A stretch of 63,997 bases of DNA, counting the filler, from Acidimicrobiia bacterium (lineage in GTDB: Bacteria; Actinomycetota; Acidimicrobiia; Spongiisociales; CAZKJJ01): assembly GCA_046759765.1 (NCBI GenBank). It is 18 parts of 18 records of this genome, joined end to end, with 100 filler letters (N's around TTAATTAATTAA, not from the genome) between each part and the next. Parts side by side here need not be neighbours in the genome. Positions count along the whole stretch, not along the records: positions 29,583 to 33,084 come from JBHICV010000213.1; positions 33,185 to 36,658 come from JBHICV010000214.1; positions 36,759 to 40,205 come from JBHICV010000215.1; 15 more parts are not named here. One strand, written 5' to 3'. The notes beneath the pieces were generated by a model, which saw nothing but the letters and a program-made list of their open reading frames with translations, had not been told where the DNA came from and did not search any database. Below, piece by piece: positions 30,002 through 38,755 of this stretch (positions are counted from its first letter, which is position 1; each line of letters begins with the position of its first letter). The translations under genes and the position numbers were made by a program.

Positions 30002-31323
30002 TGTCATGTCGCGCGACATCGTTTACAGGGTGTCGCGCGTCATAGTTAACAGTAGGGGTCGTTCTTGGGTTTGGGTCCTCTGGGTTTTCCGGTGGGCTGG
30101 TAGTAGCGGTTCGGGTCGATGGTGAGGCTGCGGATGAGCTGGTCGCCTGTGAAGACGGCTAGGTCGAGGCCTTGGCTGATGGCTTGGACCGGCTGGTGGG
30201 CCCACTCGATTCCCAGGCCGACAGAGTGGCCTAGTACCCGGATCACACCGTCGGCGGTGGCGGTGAGGGAATGCACCCGCGGTGCCGGAGCCTCGGACTG
30301 GGTTCCGGTTTGTGGTCCGGTGCAGGGATGAGTTTCGAATACTTCGCCGGGGGTTTTCCGTCTCAGTGACCGATGCGGCCGGTTGTGGTTGTAGAACACT
30401 CGGAAGTCTTCTAGCTGCTCCTGCAGCTCCTCCAGGCTGCTGGCCCGGGTTCGGGCGCGGAGCCATTTCTTGAGGGTCTGCTGGAACCGTTCCACCTTGC
30501 CGCAGGTCTGGGGATGACGAGGGGTGGAAGTGATCGGTTTGACCCCCAAGGCACGCAGGTTCTTCTCGAAGGCCACCTGGTGGCCTCGGATCTTGCCGGA
30601 GAAGGCCAGATCGTTGTCCGACAGCAGCAGGGCGGGTAGCCCACAGCCGGAAACCCCAGCTAGCAGCGTCTCAAACGCCGTCTGACAGGTTGTGGACGAC
30701 ACCGCTTGGGAAGCCACCGACAGCCGGGAATGGTCATCCTCAATATTGATGATTTCCACCTTCTGGCCGTCTCGGAGCTTCCAATCACAGGCGTCGATCT
30801 GCCAGCACTCGTTCACCAGCCCGAACTCGAAACTCTTATAGGAAGAACGGGGACGCTTCTTAGGCTCATCTTCAACCAGGCCTCTCCGTTTCAGAGTCCG
30901 GTAGATGGCCGACTCCGAAGGCAACCGTTTCATCCCGGAGCGTTGCAGATGCCAACGGATCGTCGCTGCCCCCGCATCGGCTCCCTGATCGGTCAGCTCC
31001 TTGCGGAGCCGTACCACCTCATCCTCCACCCCGGCTGGCATCTGCCCAGGAGAACTATGAGGCCGTCGGGACCTCGCTTCTAACCCGGCCAGACCCTCCG
31101 TCTCGTAACGGCGTCGCAGCTCATACAGCCACACCCTCGATATCCCCAACTCCCGGGCCAGCTCACTGACATTCGTCGTCTCTAACCCAGCCGCGACCGC
31201 TGCCTTCACCTTCACATCCATGGTCAACATCCTCCGTGCCATAGCCCAATACTCCAGGCCACGACACCCCGGTGTTAACCATGTCGCGCGACAACACTGT
31301 TAACTATCTCCCGAAACAGCACA
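30002..31323 (-). mobile_element. Complete IS481-family element
   Basis: TGT...ACA ends with two TGTCGCGCGACAT.GTT.ACA-type subterminal repeats per end (30007, 30031; 31273, 31298). Confidence 0.9.
30046..31242 (-). CDS. IS481-family DDE transposase
   Basis: HTH N-terminus, SRRPHSSP, WQID, DDHSR, SDN..F, HPQTCGKVERFQQTLKKWL, YN..RPHRSL. Confidence 0.95.
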   Translation of the reverse strand: MARRMLTMDVKVKAAVAAGLETTNVSELARELGISRVWLYELRRRYETEGLAGLEARSRRPHSSPGQMPAGVEDEVVRLRKELTDQGADAGAATIRWHLQRSGMKRLPSESAIYRTLKRRGLVEDEPKKRPRSSYKSFEFGLVNECWQIDACDWKLRDGQKVEIINIEDDHSRLSVASQAVSSTTCQTAFETLLAGVSGCGLPALLLSDNDLAFSGKIRGHQVAFEKNLRALGVKPITSTPRHPQTCGKVERFQQTLKKWLRARTRASSLEELQEQLEDFRVFYNHNRPHRSLRRKTPGEVFETHPCTGPQTGTQSEAPAPRVHSLTATADGVIRVLGHSVGLGIEWAHQPVQAISQGLDLAVFTGDQLIRSLTIDPNRYYQPTGKPRGPKPKNDPYC

Positions 31324-31360
31324 GGCCGCTATGCGCGCACTCCATTGACAGGAAAGCAGA

Positions 31361-32170
31361 GTGACCGAGCTCCACCCCTTTCTGGCCCAGGAGCATCCGA
31401 TTGCGTTCTCCCACCGGGGCGGCGCGGCGCTGTGGCCGGAGAACACCATGGAGGGGTTCCAGCAGTCCTACCAGCTGGGTTACCGGTTTTACGAGACCGA
31501 CCTCCACCTGACACGAGACGACCAGATCGTGCTGGTTCACGACGACACGCTCGACCGGACCACCAACGGCTCAGGAACGGTCGGTGACTACACAGCGGCC
31601 GAGCTGCAGTCCCTCGATGCCGGCTACCGGTTCCAGCCGGAGGAGGACTATCCGTTTCGCGGCAACGGCCTGACGATCCCCACGCTGGTCGAGGTTCTGA
31701 CGACCTGGCCCGACACCTTCTTCACCCTGGAGCTCAAGCACGGGGGCATGGCCAAGCCTCTCGCCGAGCTCATCAACCGACACGATCTCTGGGACCGGGT
31801 TCTCGTCGCCGGCTACAAGGATGGCTGGCTGAAGGAGTTCCGCACCGAGACCGGAGGTCGGGTCGCCACATCGACGTCCCGCGGCGAGATCGGGGCGTTC
31901 TGGCTCATGTCGCGCAACCACCGGGGGCTCCGGTTAGCCGGTATCGCGCTACAGGTTCCCATGTACTACGGTCCGATGACCGTCGTCGACCGGTCCTTCG
32001 TCGAGGCAGCCCATACGGTCGGCAAACAGGTCCACGCATGGACCATCGACGACGGCGCGGAGATGAGCCTGCTCCTCGACATGGGAGTCGATGGCATCAT
32101 GACCAACCGTCCGGACACACTCAAGAAGCTGTTGATTGCTCGTGGCGCGGGAGGCCCGTGGAATGCCTGA
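31361..32170 (+). CDS. Glycerophosphodiester phosphodiesterase
   Basis: SHRGG....PENT, ETDLHLTRD...V.VHD.TLDRTT, LELK, WTID, GVDGIMT. Confidence 0.93.
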   Translation: MTELHPFLAQEHPIAFSHRGGAALWPENTMEGFQQSYQLGYRFYETDLHLTRDDQIVLVHDDTLDRTTNGSGTVGDYTAAELQSLDAGYRFQPEEDYPFRGNGLTIPTLVEVLTTWPDTFFTLELKHGGMAKPLAELINRHDLWDRVLVAGYKDGWLKEFRTETGGRVATSTSRGEIGAFWLMSRNHRGLRLAGIALQVPMYYGPMTVVDRSFVEAAHTVGKQVHAWTIDDGAEMSLLLDMGVDGIMTNRPDTLKKLLIARGAGGPWNA

Positions 32171-32223
32171 CTCGCCAAATCATCGTTCTTGTGACGCTCA
32201 CCCGTACTGAGTCGGGCTCAGCG

Positions 32224-32787
32224 TCACAAGAAGGGTTGCAACCCGCGGGCGAAGTCCTCACAAGTTCCTTCGTCGAATCCCACGAGCCGCACCTCCCCGA
32301 GGGCGTCGCGGTGGAACCGGACCCAGGCGACGATCTCCGAAGCGATCACGGCGGTCGCCTCCGCCCGCGGATAGCCGAAGATCCCGGCCGAGATCGCCGG
32401 GAACGCCACACTCGAAGCGCCGGTCTCGTGGGCGGCATTCAAGGCGGCCTCCACGGCCGCCCTCAGCAGGCCTTCGTTGTCCTGACCCTCCTCGTATCGG
32501 GGTCCCACCGTATGGACGATCCAACGAGCCGGCATGGCCCCCGCGGAGGTCACCGCGGCCGAACCCGTGGCCACCGGGCCGTGCTCGTTCACCCAGGCGT
32601 CGGATTCCTGCTGGACGGCCTCGCCGCCGGCCCGGACGAGGGCGGCTGCCACGCCGCCGCCGTGCTTCAGCCACTCGTTGGCGGCGTTGACGACCGCGTC
32701 GACCGGCTGCTTGGTCAGGTCACCCTGAACTACCAGGACGCTGGTGCCTTCGACCTCGGCGGCGCTCGTCTCACTCACGCCGACCAT
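32224..32787 (-). CDS. Macro domain protein (O-acetyl-ADP-ribose deacetylase-like)
   Basis: GDLT...VDAVVNAAN..L.HGGGVA, HTVGP, AFPAISAGIFGYP. Confidence 0.93.
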   Translation of the reverse strand: MVGVSETSAAEVEGTSVLVVQGDLTKQPVDAVVNAANEWLKHGGGVAAALVRAGGEAVQQESDAWVNEHGPVATGSAAVTSAGAMPARWIVHTVGPRYEEGQDNEGLLRAAVEAALNAAHETGASSVAFPAISAGIFGYPRAEATAVIASEIVAWVRFHRDALGEVRLVGFDEGTCEDFARGLQPFL

Positions 32788-32805
32788 GGTAGGTAGGGTG
32801 CCGGC

Positions 32806-33084
32806 GTGCTCTCCTGGTTCGTTGCCGTGCTGCTGCTGATCGACCTGGGCCCGGCGTTCCAGAACGCCAGCGCCTTCGGTGAGCCTGCGCCCAACGACAT
32901 GCTGTTCGTTGACGTGCAAGTCGAGATCGCCGGCCAAGTCCAGGCTGCCTTCGCCCACGTGATCGACCCGGGAGATGAACAGCTGACCGTTGCGTTGATC
33001 AACCGCGGTGGGTCGTTCTGGGGTGGGGGAGCTGAGATCGAACGCGCCAACCTCGTGGTCGTCTTCGAGGCGATCCGACCGGAC
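32806..33084 (+). CDS. Hypothetical exported protein, 3'-truncated
   Basis: N-terminal hydrophobic segment; open to the contig end. Confidence 0.45.
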
Positions 33085-33184
33085 NNNNNNNNNNNNNNNN
33101 NNNNNNNNNNNNNNNNNNNNNNNNNNNNTTAATTAATTAANNNNNNNNNNNNNNNNNNNNNNNNNNNNNNNNNNNNNNNNNNNN

Positions 33185-33238
33185 TGAGGGCCTAGTGCCC
33201 TACTAATGGGCGTGAGGGTTCAAATCCCTCCTCCGACA
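33185..33238 (+). tRNA. tRNA-Leu(GAG), 3' part (5' end cut by the contig edge); integration site
   Basis: tGAGgg anticodon loop, long variable arm GCCC-tactaat-GGGC, T-arm GAGGG-TTCAAAT-CCCTC, discriminator A. Confidence 0.85.
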
Positions 33239-33242
33239 CGCG

Positions 33243-33269
33243 AAACCCCAGGTCAGAGGCCTGGGGTTT
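33243..33269 (+). terminator. Hairpin after the tRNA
   Basis: AAACCCCAGG-tcagagg-CCTGGGGTTT. Confidence 0.7.
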
Positions 33270-33290
33270 GCCCTGCGGGTGGATCGAGTC

Positions 33291-33328
33291 AGGTGCCAAT
33301 TCACGCCGAGGTGCCCATTTAGGTGCCC
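33291..33328 (+). repeat. Three AGGTGCC direct repeats, putative integrase arm sites
   Basis: Copies at 33291, 33309 and 33321, between the tRNA and the integrase stop. Confidence 0.55.
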
Positions 33329-33335
33329 GCAGCCT

Positions 33336-34520
33336 CTAGGAGCCGGCGAAGATGAGGCCTGCTACGGCCTCCGCCGCGTCCTTATCCACGTGCCGGGTGA
33401 CGTGCTGATAGAGGTCGGCGGTAGTGGCTATCGAGGCGTGACCGAGACGCTTGGACACGACCTCGATCGGTACGCCTGCTTCGAGCGCCAGCGTCGCGTA
33501 GGTGTGCCGAAGCCCATGGAAGGAGCGGGGGCTCAGATCAGGTAGGCCGGCGCCGGCAGCCAAGCCACTAAAGGTCCGCGAAAGCCAAGAGGGTCGGATG
33601 GGAGATCCGTCCTGCCGAGCGAAGACGAGGCCTTGGTCGTCATACCTGTCTCCCTCCGCCAGGCGCTCTTCGAGCTGGCGCTTCCGATGATTCCGGAGCT
33701 CTCCAACAGTCTCGGTATCGAGGGCAATGCGCCGTCGGGAGTGGTCGGTCTTGGGGAGGGGCTTGAGCTTGGGGCGGTTTCCTACCTCCACCAAGGCTTG
33801 CACCACTGTGAGGTGTCCGTCCTCGAGGTCCAAACGATTCCACGACACGCCGAGGACCTCTGAGCGGCGTAGCCCCGTGGTGAGCACGAGCGCGTAGAGG
33901 GCGCGGAGACGGTTCTCGACGACGTAGGAGAGGAAAGCCTTCGCCTCCTCAGAGCTCCACGTCGGCCGCTCGGCAGCAGGCTTCCGGGCTCGCCTTGTGC
34001 TGGGGGGTTTGGCCCGACCAGCCGGGTTACGGCGGATCAGGTCGTGTTCCATCGCGTCCTCGAGCGCCCGATGCAGCATCACGTGAACGTTCCGCACCGT
34101 CTTGAGGGCCAAGCCGGTGCCATTCCGACGACCACTCCGCAGGAGAGTGGCATACAGCTGGTCCAAGTCGGTTGGAGCCAGGTCCTGGAGCGGGATGCCG
34201 CCGATGTACGGAACGACATAGGCGCGGATCTGGTGGCCGTACACCTCGAGGGTGTTCTCGGCGGCAACCATGGCGTGGCCCTGAAACCAGGCCCAGAGGT
34301 AGCTCGTCACGGTCGTTTGGGAGGGCTCGACGTAGGTCTGCTCCTCCAGGTCCGTGAGTAATCGCCTCAGCTCTCGGCGGGCGAGTTGGTAGTTGAGGCC
34401 CGACCGAACGATCCGCCGTCGCTTCCCGCTAGCTGGATCCCGACCCGCTTCGATGACCACGCGCCAGGCGTCGCCGCGCTTCTCGATATGACCACTGGGA
34501 TTGTTCCTTCGGTACGACAT
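33336..34520 (-). CDS. Tyrosine recombinase/integrase
   Basis: TGLRRSEVLG, K, HGLRHTYAT, LGHASIATTADLY; AAGGAG RBS before ATG 34520. Confidence 0.96.
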   Translation of the reverse strand: MSYRRNNPSGHIEKRGDAWRVVIEAGRDPASGKRRRIVRSGLNYQLARRELRRLLTDLEEQTYVEPSQTTVTSYLWAWFQGHAMVAAENTLEVYGHQIRAYVVPYIGGIPLQDLAPTDLDQLYATLLRSGRRNGTGLALKTVRNVHVMLHRALEDAMEHDLIRRNPAGRAKPPSTRRARKPAAERPTWSSEEAKAFLSYVVENRLRALYALVLTTGLRRSEVLGVSWNRLDLEDGHLTVVQALVEVGNRPKLKPLPKTDHSRRRIALDTETVGELRNHRKRQLEERLAEGDRYDDQGLVFARQDGSPIRPSWLSRTFSGLAAGAGLPDLSPRSFHGLRHTYATLALEAGVPIEVVSKRLGHASIATTADLYQHVTRHVDKDAAEAVAGLIFAGS

Positions 34521-34590
34521 ACGGACTCCTTCGCAGCTGATTCTCCCGGGGTCCCAGCCGCCCGATGGCAGCGCTGAGAGTCCCTCTCCG

Positions 34591-34881
34591 CTAGGGATGC
34601 GATCTAGCACTCGGCGCGCCAGTGCCGCGCTGACTTCGCTTCTCACCTCCCTGCGATCCTCGAAGGTACAGGATCGGATCCGCATCCGCGCGCCGCTTGG
34701 CGTCCTCGAGCTGGTGCCGGATCCACTCCTCAACATCCGACGACCGGTACCGGAGATGTCGGCCGACTCGGAACGCTCGTGGGCCTGCTCCTCTATGGCG
34801 CCAGGCGTACAGGGTGGCTACGGGCACCTCAAGGTACGCCGCGAGTTCCCGGGCAGTAAGAAGGCGAACAAGGCCGTCCAT
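34591..34881 (-). CDS. Excisionase-like HTH protein
   Basis: LLTARELAAYL.VP.ATLY.WR.RG.GP.AFRVGRHLRYR.SDV..W. Confidence 0.9.
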   Translation of the reverse strand: MDGLVRLLTARELAAYLEVPVATLYAWRHRGAGPRAFRVGRHLRYRSSDVEEWIRHQLEDAKRRADADPILYLRGSQGGEKRSQRGTGAPSARSHP

Positions 34882-34902
34882 GCCCGGAATGGTCGCGCCT
34901 AA

Positions 34903-35437
34903 CCCTTTCAATCCGATCGCAAAGTCGATGCCGGATCCTGCTATGGAATCGAAAAGGCTCCTCCAACCACCGGGATTTCGCCTTGCACGGCACTGAGCTG
35001 AAAAGCGTTGTGGTCGAAGGGTTCTGACGATCTCCGCGACATCCATGCGACTGGTTTGAAAGGGTGTTTGCGACTGGTTTGAAAGGGTCAGCTCGTCTGA
35101 TAGGAGGTCATGGAGCGCGTTCAGACGCACGGAAATGGCCCGCACGATGACAGGACCACGGTTCCAAGAGTCGCTGACCATCGTCGACTGAAGCTCTCCT
35201 CAGATGTTGACAGAGGCTGCGAATCAATCCCCGTAACAGCAAGCCAAGTTCATGGAGGAGACCTCGACCTAACGGTCTCTCACCGAAAGCTCACCTACGA
35301 GGACCAAACCGAGGAGGACCGATCCCAAGCAGCCACCAAGCATCGAACAGCTGTCACCTCGATCGACGATCACCTCCCCACTCAGATTCACCTCCAAACA
35401 CACCGAACCCTTTCAAGCCATACGCATCTGCAACGAG
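34903..35437. repeat. Four TGCG-N7-TGAAAGGG copies between xis and the relaxase (candidate oriT/regulatory region)
   Basis: 34903 (-), 35046 (+), 35069 (+; exact tandem copy, period 23) and 35408 (-). Confidence 0.8.
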
Positions 35438-35456
35438 TTGCTCCCGGAGGCCTGGG

Positions 35457-36658
35457 GTGTTGAGTTTGGCGAAGGCGGCGAAGGACTATTACCTGCAGAA
35501 GCTGGGGGAGCTGTCGCCGCGGGAGGACTATTACCTGCGGGGTGGCACCGCCACCGGCCACTGGCGGGGCAGCGGCGCCACGGAGATAGGTCTGGAGGGC
35601 AGCGTGTCGGCGGAGGGGCTGGTGCGTTTGTTCGATGGTGAGCATCCGGCTACTGGGGAGCGGCTGGGCCGGCAGCTGCGTAGGGATGGGGTGGCGGCCT
35701 GGGATCTGACCTTTTCGGCGGACAAGTCGGTGTCGCTGCTATGGGCCCTCGGCGACCCAGAGACCCGCCAGCAGGTGCTGGAAGCCTTCGACGAGGCCAC
35801 CACGGAGGCGTTCGGATATCTGGAATCCGTCGCCTCGGCCACTCGAGGCGCTAGCAAGGCCCCGGTGCTGGACGACAACGGGAATCCGGTGCTGAACGAG
35901 GACGGGTCGCCGCGGTTTCGGGTGCAGACCTGGCCGATTCGGACTTCGGGCTATGTGGCGGCCTCGTTTACCGAGTTCACTTCCCGGGCTGATGATCCTC
36001 AGCTGCACACCCACGTGGTGGTGGCCAACAAGGTCAAAGGCACCGACGGGCTGTGGCGCACTTTGGACGGCCGGTTGTTGTATCGGCATCAGCTGGCCGC
36101 CGGCTACCTGCATGAGGCGGTGCTGCGCAGGGAGTTGACGGAGCGGCTGGGCGTGCGCTGGCAGCCGGTGCACAACGGGATGGCCGACATTGCAGGCTTC
36201 ACCCGAACTCAGATCGGTGCCTTCTCGAAGAGACGGAACCAACTCGAGGGGTGGCGGGAGGAGCAGGGTCTGCCCGAGACCCCGGCGGCTCGGCAGGCGG
36301 CCGTGTTGGCCACCCGCAGCCCTAAACAGGACCATCCCCTCGAGGTCCTGGAGGCGGAGTGGCAACGGCGGGCAGCCGAGGTAGGTCTGACGCGCAGAGT
36401 CATCGGTCGGATGATGCACCGGAGCCGCCAGATCCGTTTGCCTGATCCTGCGCTTCTGGCCCAGCGTCTCGCATCCCGTGAGGGCCTCACGGAGAAGCAG
36501 TCGACGTTCGGTCGGGCCGAGGTGGTCAAGGAGATCGCCGCCTCCCTCCCTGGTGGGGCAACCCGAGCGGACATCGAGACCCTGGCCGATATGTTCCTGA
36601 CTAGTCGAGAGATCATCCCGATCCTGGAAGTCGCCGAACCGGCCCCGCCTACCGAATC
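35457..36658 (+). CDS. MobF (TrwC-like) relaxase, 3'-truncated
   Basis: Two DYY motifs, G.W.G.G, DLTFSA.KSVS, SRADDPQLHTHVVVAN, W..LDG, FSKR. Confidence 0.95.
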
Positions 36659-36758
36659 NNNNNNNNNNNNNNNNNNNNNNNNNNNNNNNNNNNNNNNNNN
36701 NNTTAATTAATTAANNNNNNNNNNNNNNNNNNNNNNNNNNNNNNNNNNNNNNNNNNNN

Positions 36759-37291
36759 GAAGAAGCCCAGAAGAACAGGAAGACGACGTAACGTTGGTAT
36801 CAGTCCGCCGAACAACTTCGGCCGCCGCCAACGCCAGCACCTTCGAGAGCGGAGAGACCCAGATGGAGGAGCTCGACTCGTTCAGCGTTCCCTCCGAGGA
36901 TGGGAACGAGCGCAGTGTCATCGACCAGGTGGTTGAGTCGGTGGCGGGGCTCGGGTTGCCAGAAGACAAGGTCCAGAGGTTGGCCACCGCGGTCTCGGAG
37001 GCAGCCATGAACGCAATTGAGCATGGCAATAGGCGCCGGGCAGAGCTGCCGGTCGACGTGGAAGTCCTGGCGAGTCCTACAGCCGTGACGGTCAGAATCA
37101 CGGATCACGGCGGAGGTCGAGAGATCCCGGAGCCCGAAACTCCCGACCTCGAGGCCAAGCTGGCGGGAGAGCAGAGTCCACGCGGCTGGGGCCTTTTCTT
37201 GATCGAGCACATGGTCGACGAGTTGCGAACAACCAGCGACGAAAACCACCACACGGTGGAGCTAGTGATGAACCTGGAAGAAGAGAAGTGA
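36759..37291 (+). CDS. PP2C (SpoIIE) phosphatase fused to an RsbW-like HATPase, 5'-truncated
   Basis: EQEDDVTLV, then AVSEA.MNAIEHG, ITD.G.G, RGWGLFLI. Confidence 0.85.
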
Positions 37292-37635
37292 TGCCAGGTA
37301 CTCCATTCGAGGCCTCGGTGCGAACAGAAGACAATTCGACAGTGGTCGATCTGGTGGGCGACATCGATCGGTCCGCCGCGGCGGGGCTCGACGCAGCGTA
37401 CGAGGAAGCGGCCGAGCGTTCCGGCCGCCTGATTCTCAACTTCACCAACGTCGACTACATCAACTCAACCGGAATCGCAGTGATCGTGGGGATGCTGGCG
37501 AAAGCCAGAGCCGCTGATCGGCCCGTGTCGGCATTCGGTCTCAGCGATCACTACCGGGAGATCTTTGCAATCACTCGGCTGTCAGACTTCATGGAAATCC
37601 ACGACGACGAGCAAGCCGCCACCGCGGCTGTTTAG
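37288..37635 (+). CDS. STAS anti-sigma factor antagonist
   Basis: LNF..VDYINSTGI, EIF.ITRL. Confidence 0.92.
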   Translation: MMPGTPFEASVRTEDNSTVVDLVGDIDRSAAAGLDAAYEEAAERSGRLILNFTNVDYINSTGIAVIVGMLAKARAADRPVSAFGLSDHYREIFAITRLSDFMEIHDDEQAATAAV

Positions 37636-37644
37636 GAGGAAAGC

Positions 37645-37995
37645 ATGCCCGAAGCACAGGTCACGATGGACGTCAGGGACGGCGGCGGCGGCGCCAAGAT
37701 CATCGACATCAACGGCGAGATCACGGCCTTCGCCGAGGACGCCCTCGCCCAAGCCCACGAGGAGGCCTCGGATGGTGAGGTCAAGGCCGTGATCCTCAAT
37801 TTCGAGGGGCTCGAGTACATGAATTCGGGTGGGATTGGGCTCTTGGTAACCACCCTCATCAGGGCTCAGCGAGCGGGCCACCAGCTCCTGGCGTTCGGGT
37901 TGAGCGACCACTATCGCCAGATCTTCTCGCTCACACGCCTCGATGACGCCATTCACATCTATTCGGACGAAGTAGCCGCAATCGCCGCAGTATGA
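37645..37995 (+). CDS. Second STAS anti-sigma factor antagonist
   Basis: LNF.GLEYMNSGGIGLLV, QIFSLTRL. Confidence 0.92.
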   Translation: MPEAQVTMDVRDGGGGAKIIDINGEITAFAEDALAQAHEEASDGEVKAVILNFEGLEYMNSGGIGLLVTTLIRAQRAGHQLLAFGLSDHYRQIFSLTRLDDAIHIYSDEVAAIAAV

Positions 37996-38006
37996 GAGGA
38001 GAAGCC

Positions 38007-38705
38007 ATGCCACAGCAGAGCGACGAGGAAAACTGGGCCCCGCCCGTCGAGGAGCTGCATGTCGGTGACATTTCGCCCGAGGCTCTGAACCTCAACGTCG
38101 AAGGGAGACAGCTGACAGGCCCGCTCCAGGGATTTGGTCAGATGTGGCAGAAGACCTACCGCGTGAAGATCGGTGACGTCAAGCCGGAGGAGGTCATCTC
38201 GACCTGGAAGGCCGAGTACGGCGAGTTCTGGCCCGCCACCAACCGGTTCTACGCACCGATTACGGGCATCAAGCCGGGCGAAGTCGGTGTTATCAACGCC
38301 AAGCAGGGACCCGTCAAGCTCTCGACGGGCGTATTCGTGCTTTATGTCGATGACACCTCCTTCTCGTACATGACTCCCCAAGGGCACCCATTTGCCGGGT
38401 GGATCACCTTCAGCGCCTTTGAAGAAGACGACGAGACTATTGCCCAGGTGCAGCTGCTGATGCGTGCCAACGACCCGTTGTACGAAGCCGGGTTCATGAT
38501 GGGGGGCAGCCGCACCGAGGACAAGATGTGGCACCACACGTTGCGGGCGGTAGCTGAGTATTTCGGATCGGACGCGAACGTCGAGATGGAGAAGGCGAAG
38601 GTCGATCGGAAGCGTCAGTGGGAACGCTTCGGAAACGTCCGCTACAACTCGATGATCAGAACCTGGATCCGCAAGCCCGTCGGCTGGGGTAACGAAAAGG
38701 GCTAA
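38007..38705 (+). CDS. Conserved hypothetical protein (possibly DUF1990/SRPBCC-like)
   Basis: GPLQGFGQMWQKTY, MTPQGH.FAGWITFSA, RANDPLYE; GAGGAG RBS. Confidence 0.7.
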   Translation: MPQQSDEENWAPPVEELHVGDISPEALNLNVEGRQLTGPLQGFGQMWQKTYRVKIGDVKPEEVISTWKAEYGEFWPATNRFYAPITGIKPGEVGVINAKQGPVKLSTGVFVLYVDDTSFSYMTPQGHPFAGWITFSAFEEDDETIAQVQLLMRANDPLYEAGFMMGGSRTEDKMWHHTLRAVAEYFGSDANVEMEKAKVDRKRQWERFGNVRYNSMIRTWIRKPVGWGNEKG

Positions 38706-38755
38706 GACCTGACAGGCCTCCGCCGGCGTAGATTGCTGCGCTCTGGGAGGTGGCG

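Noticed and set aside
35046..35088. CRISPR-like tandem repeat
   Set aside because: Only two adjacent copies with a 3-4 bp gap, no spacers and no cas genes
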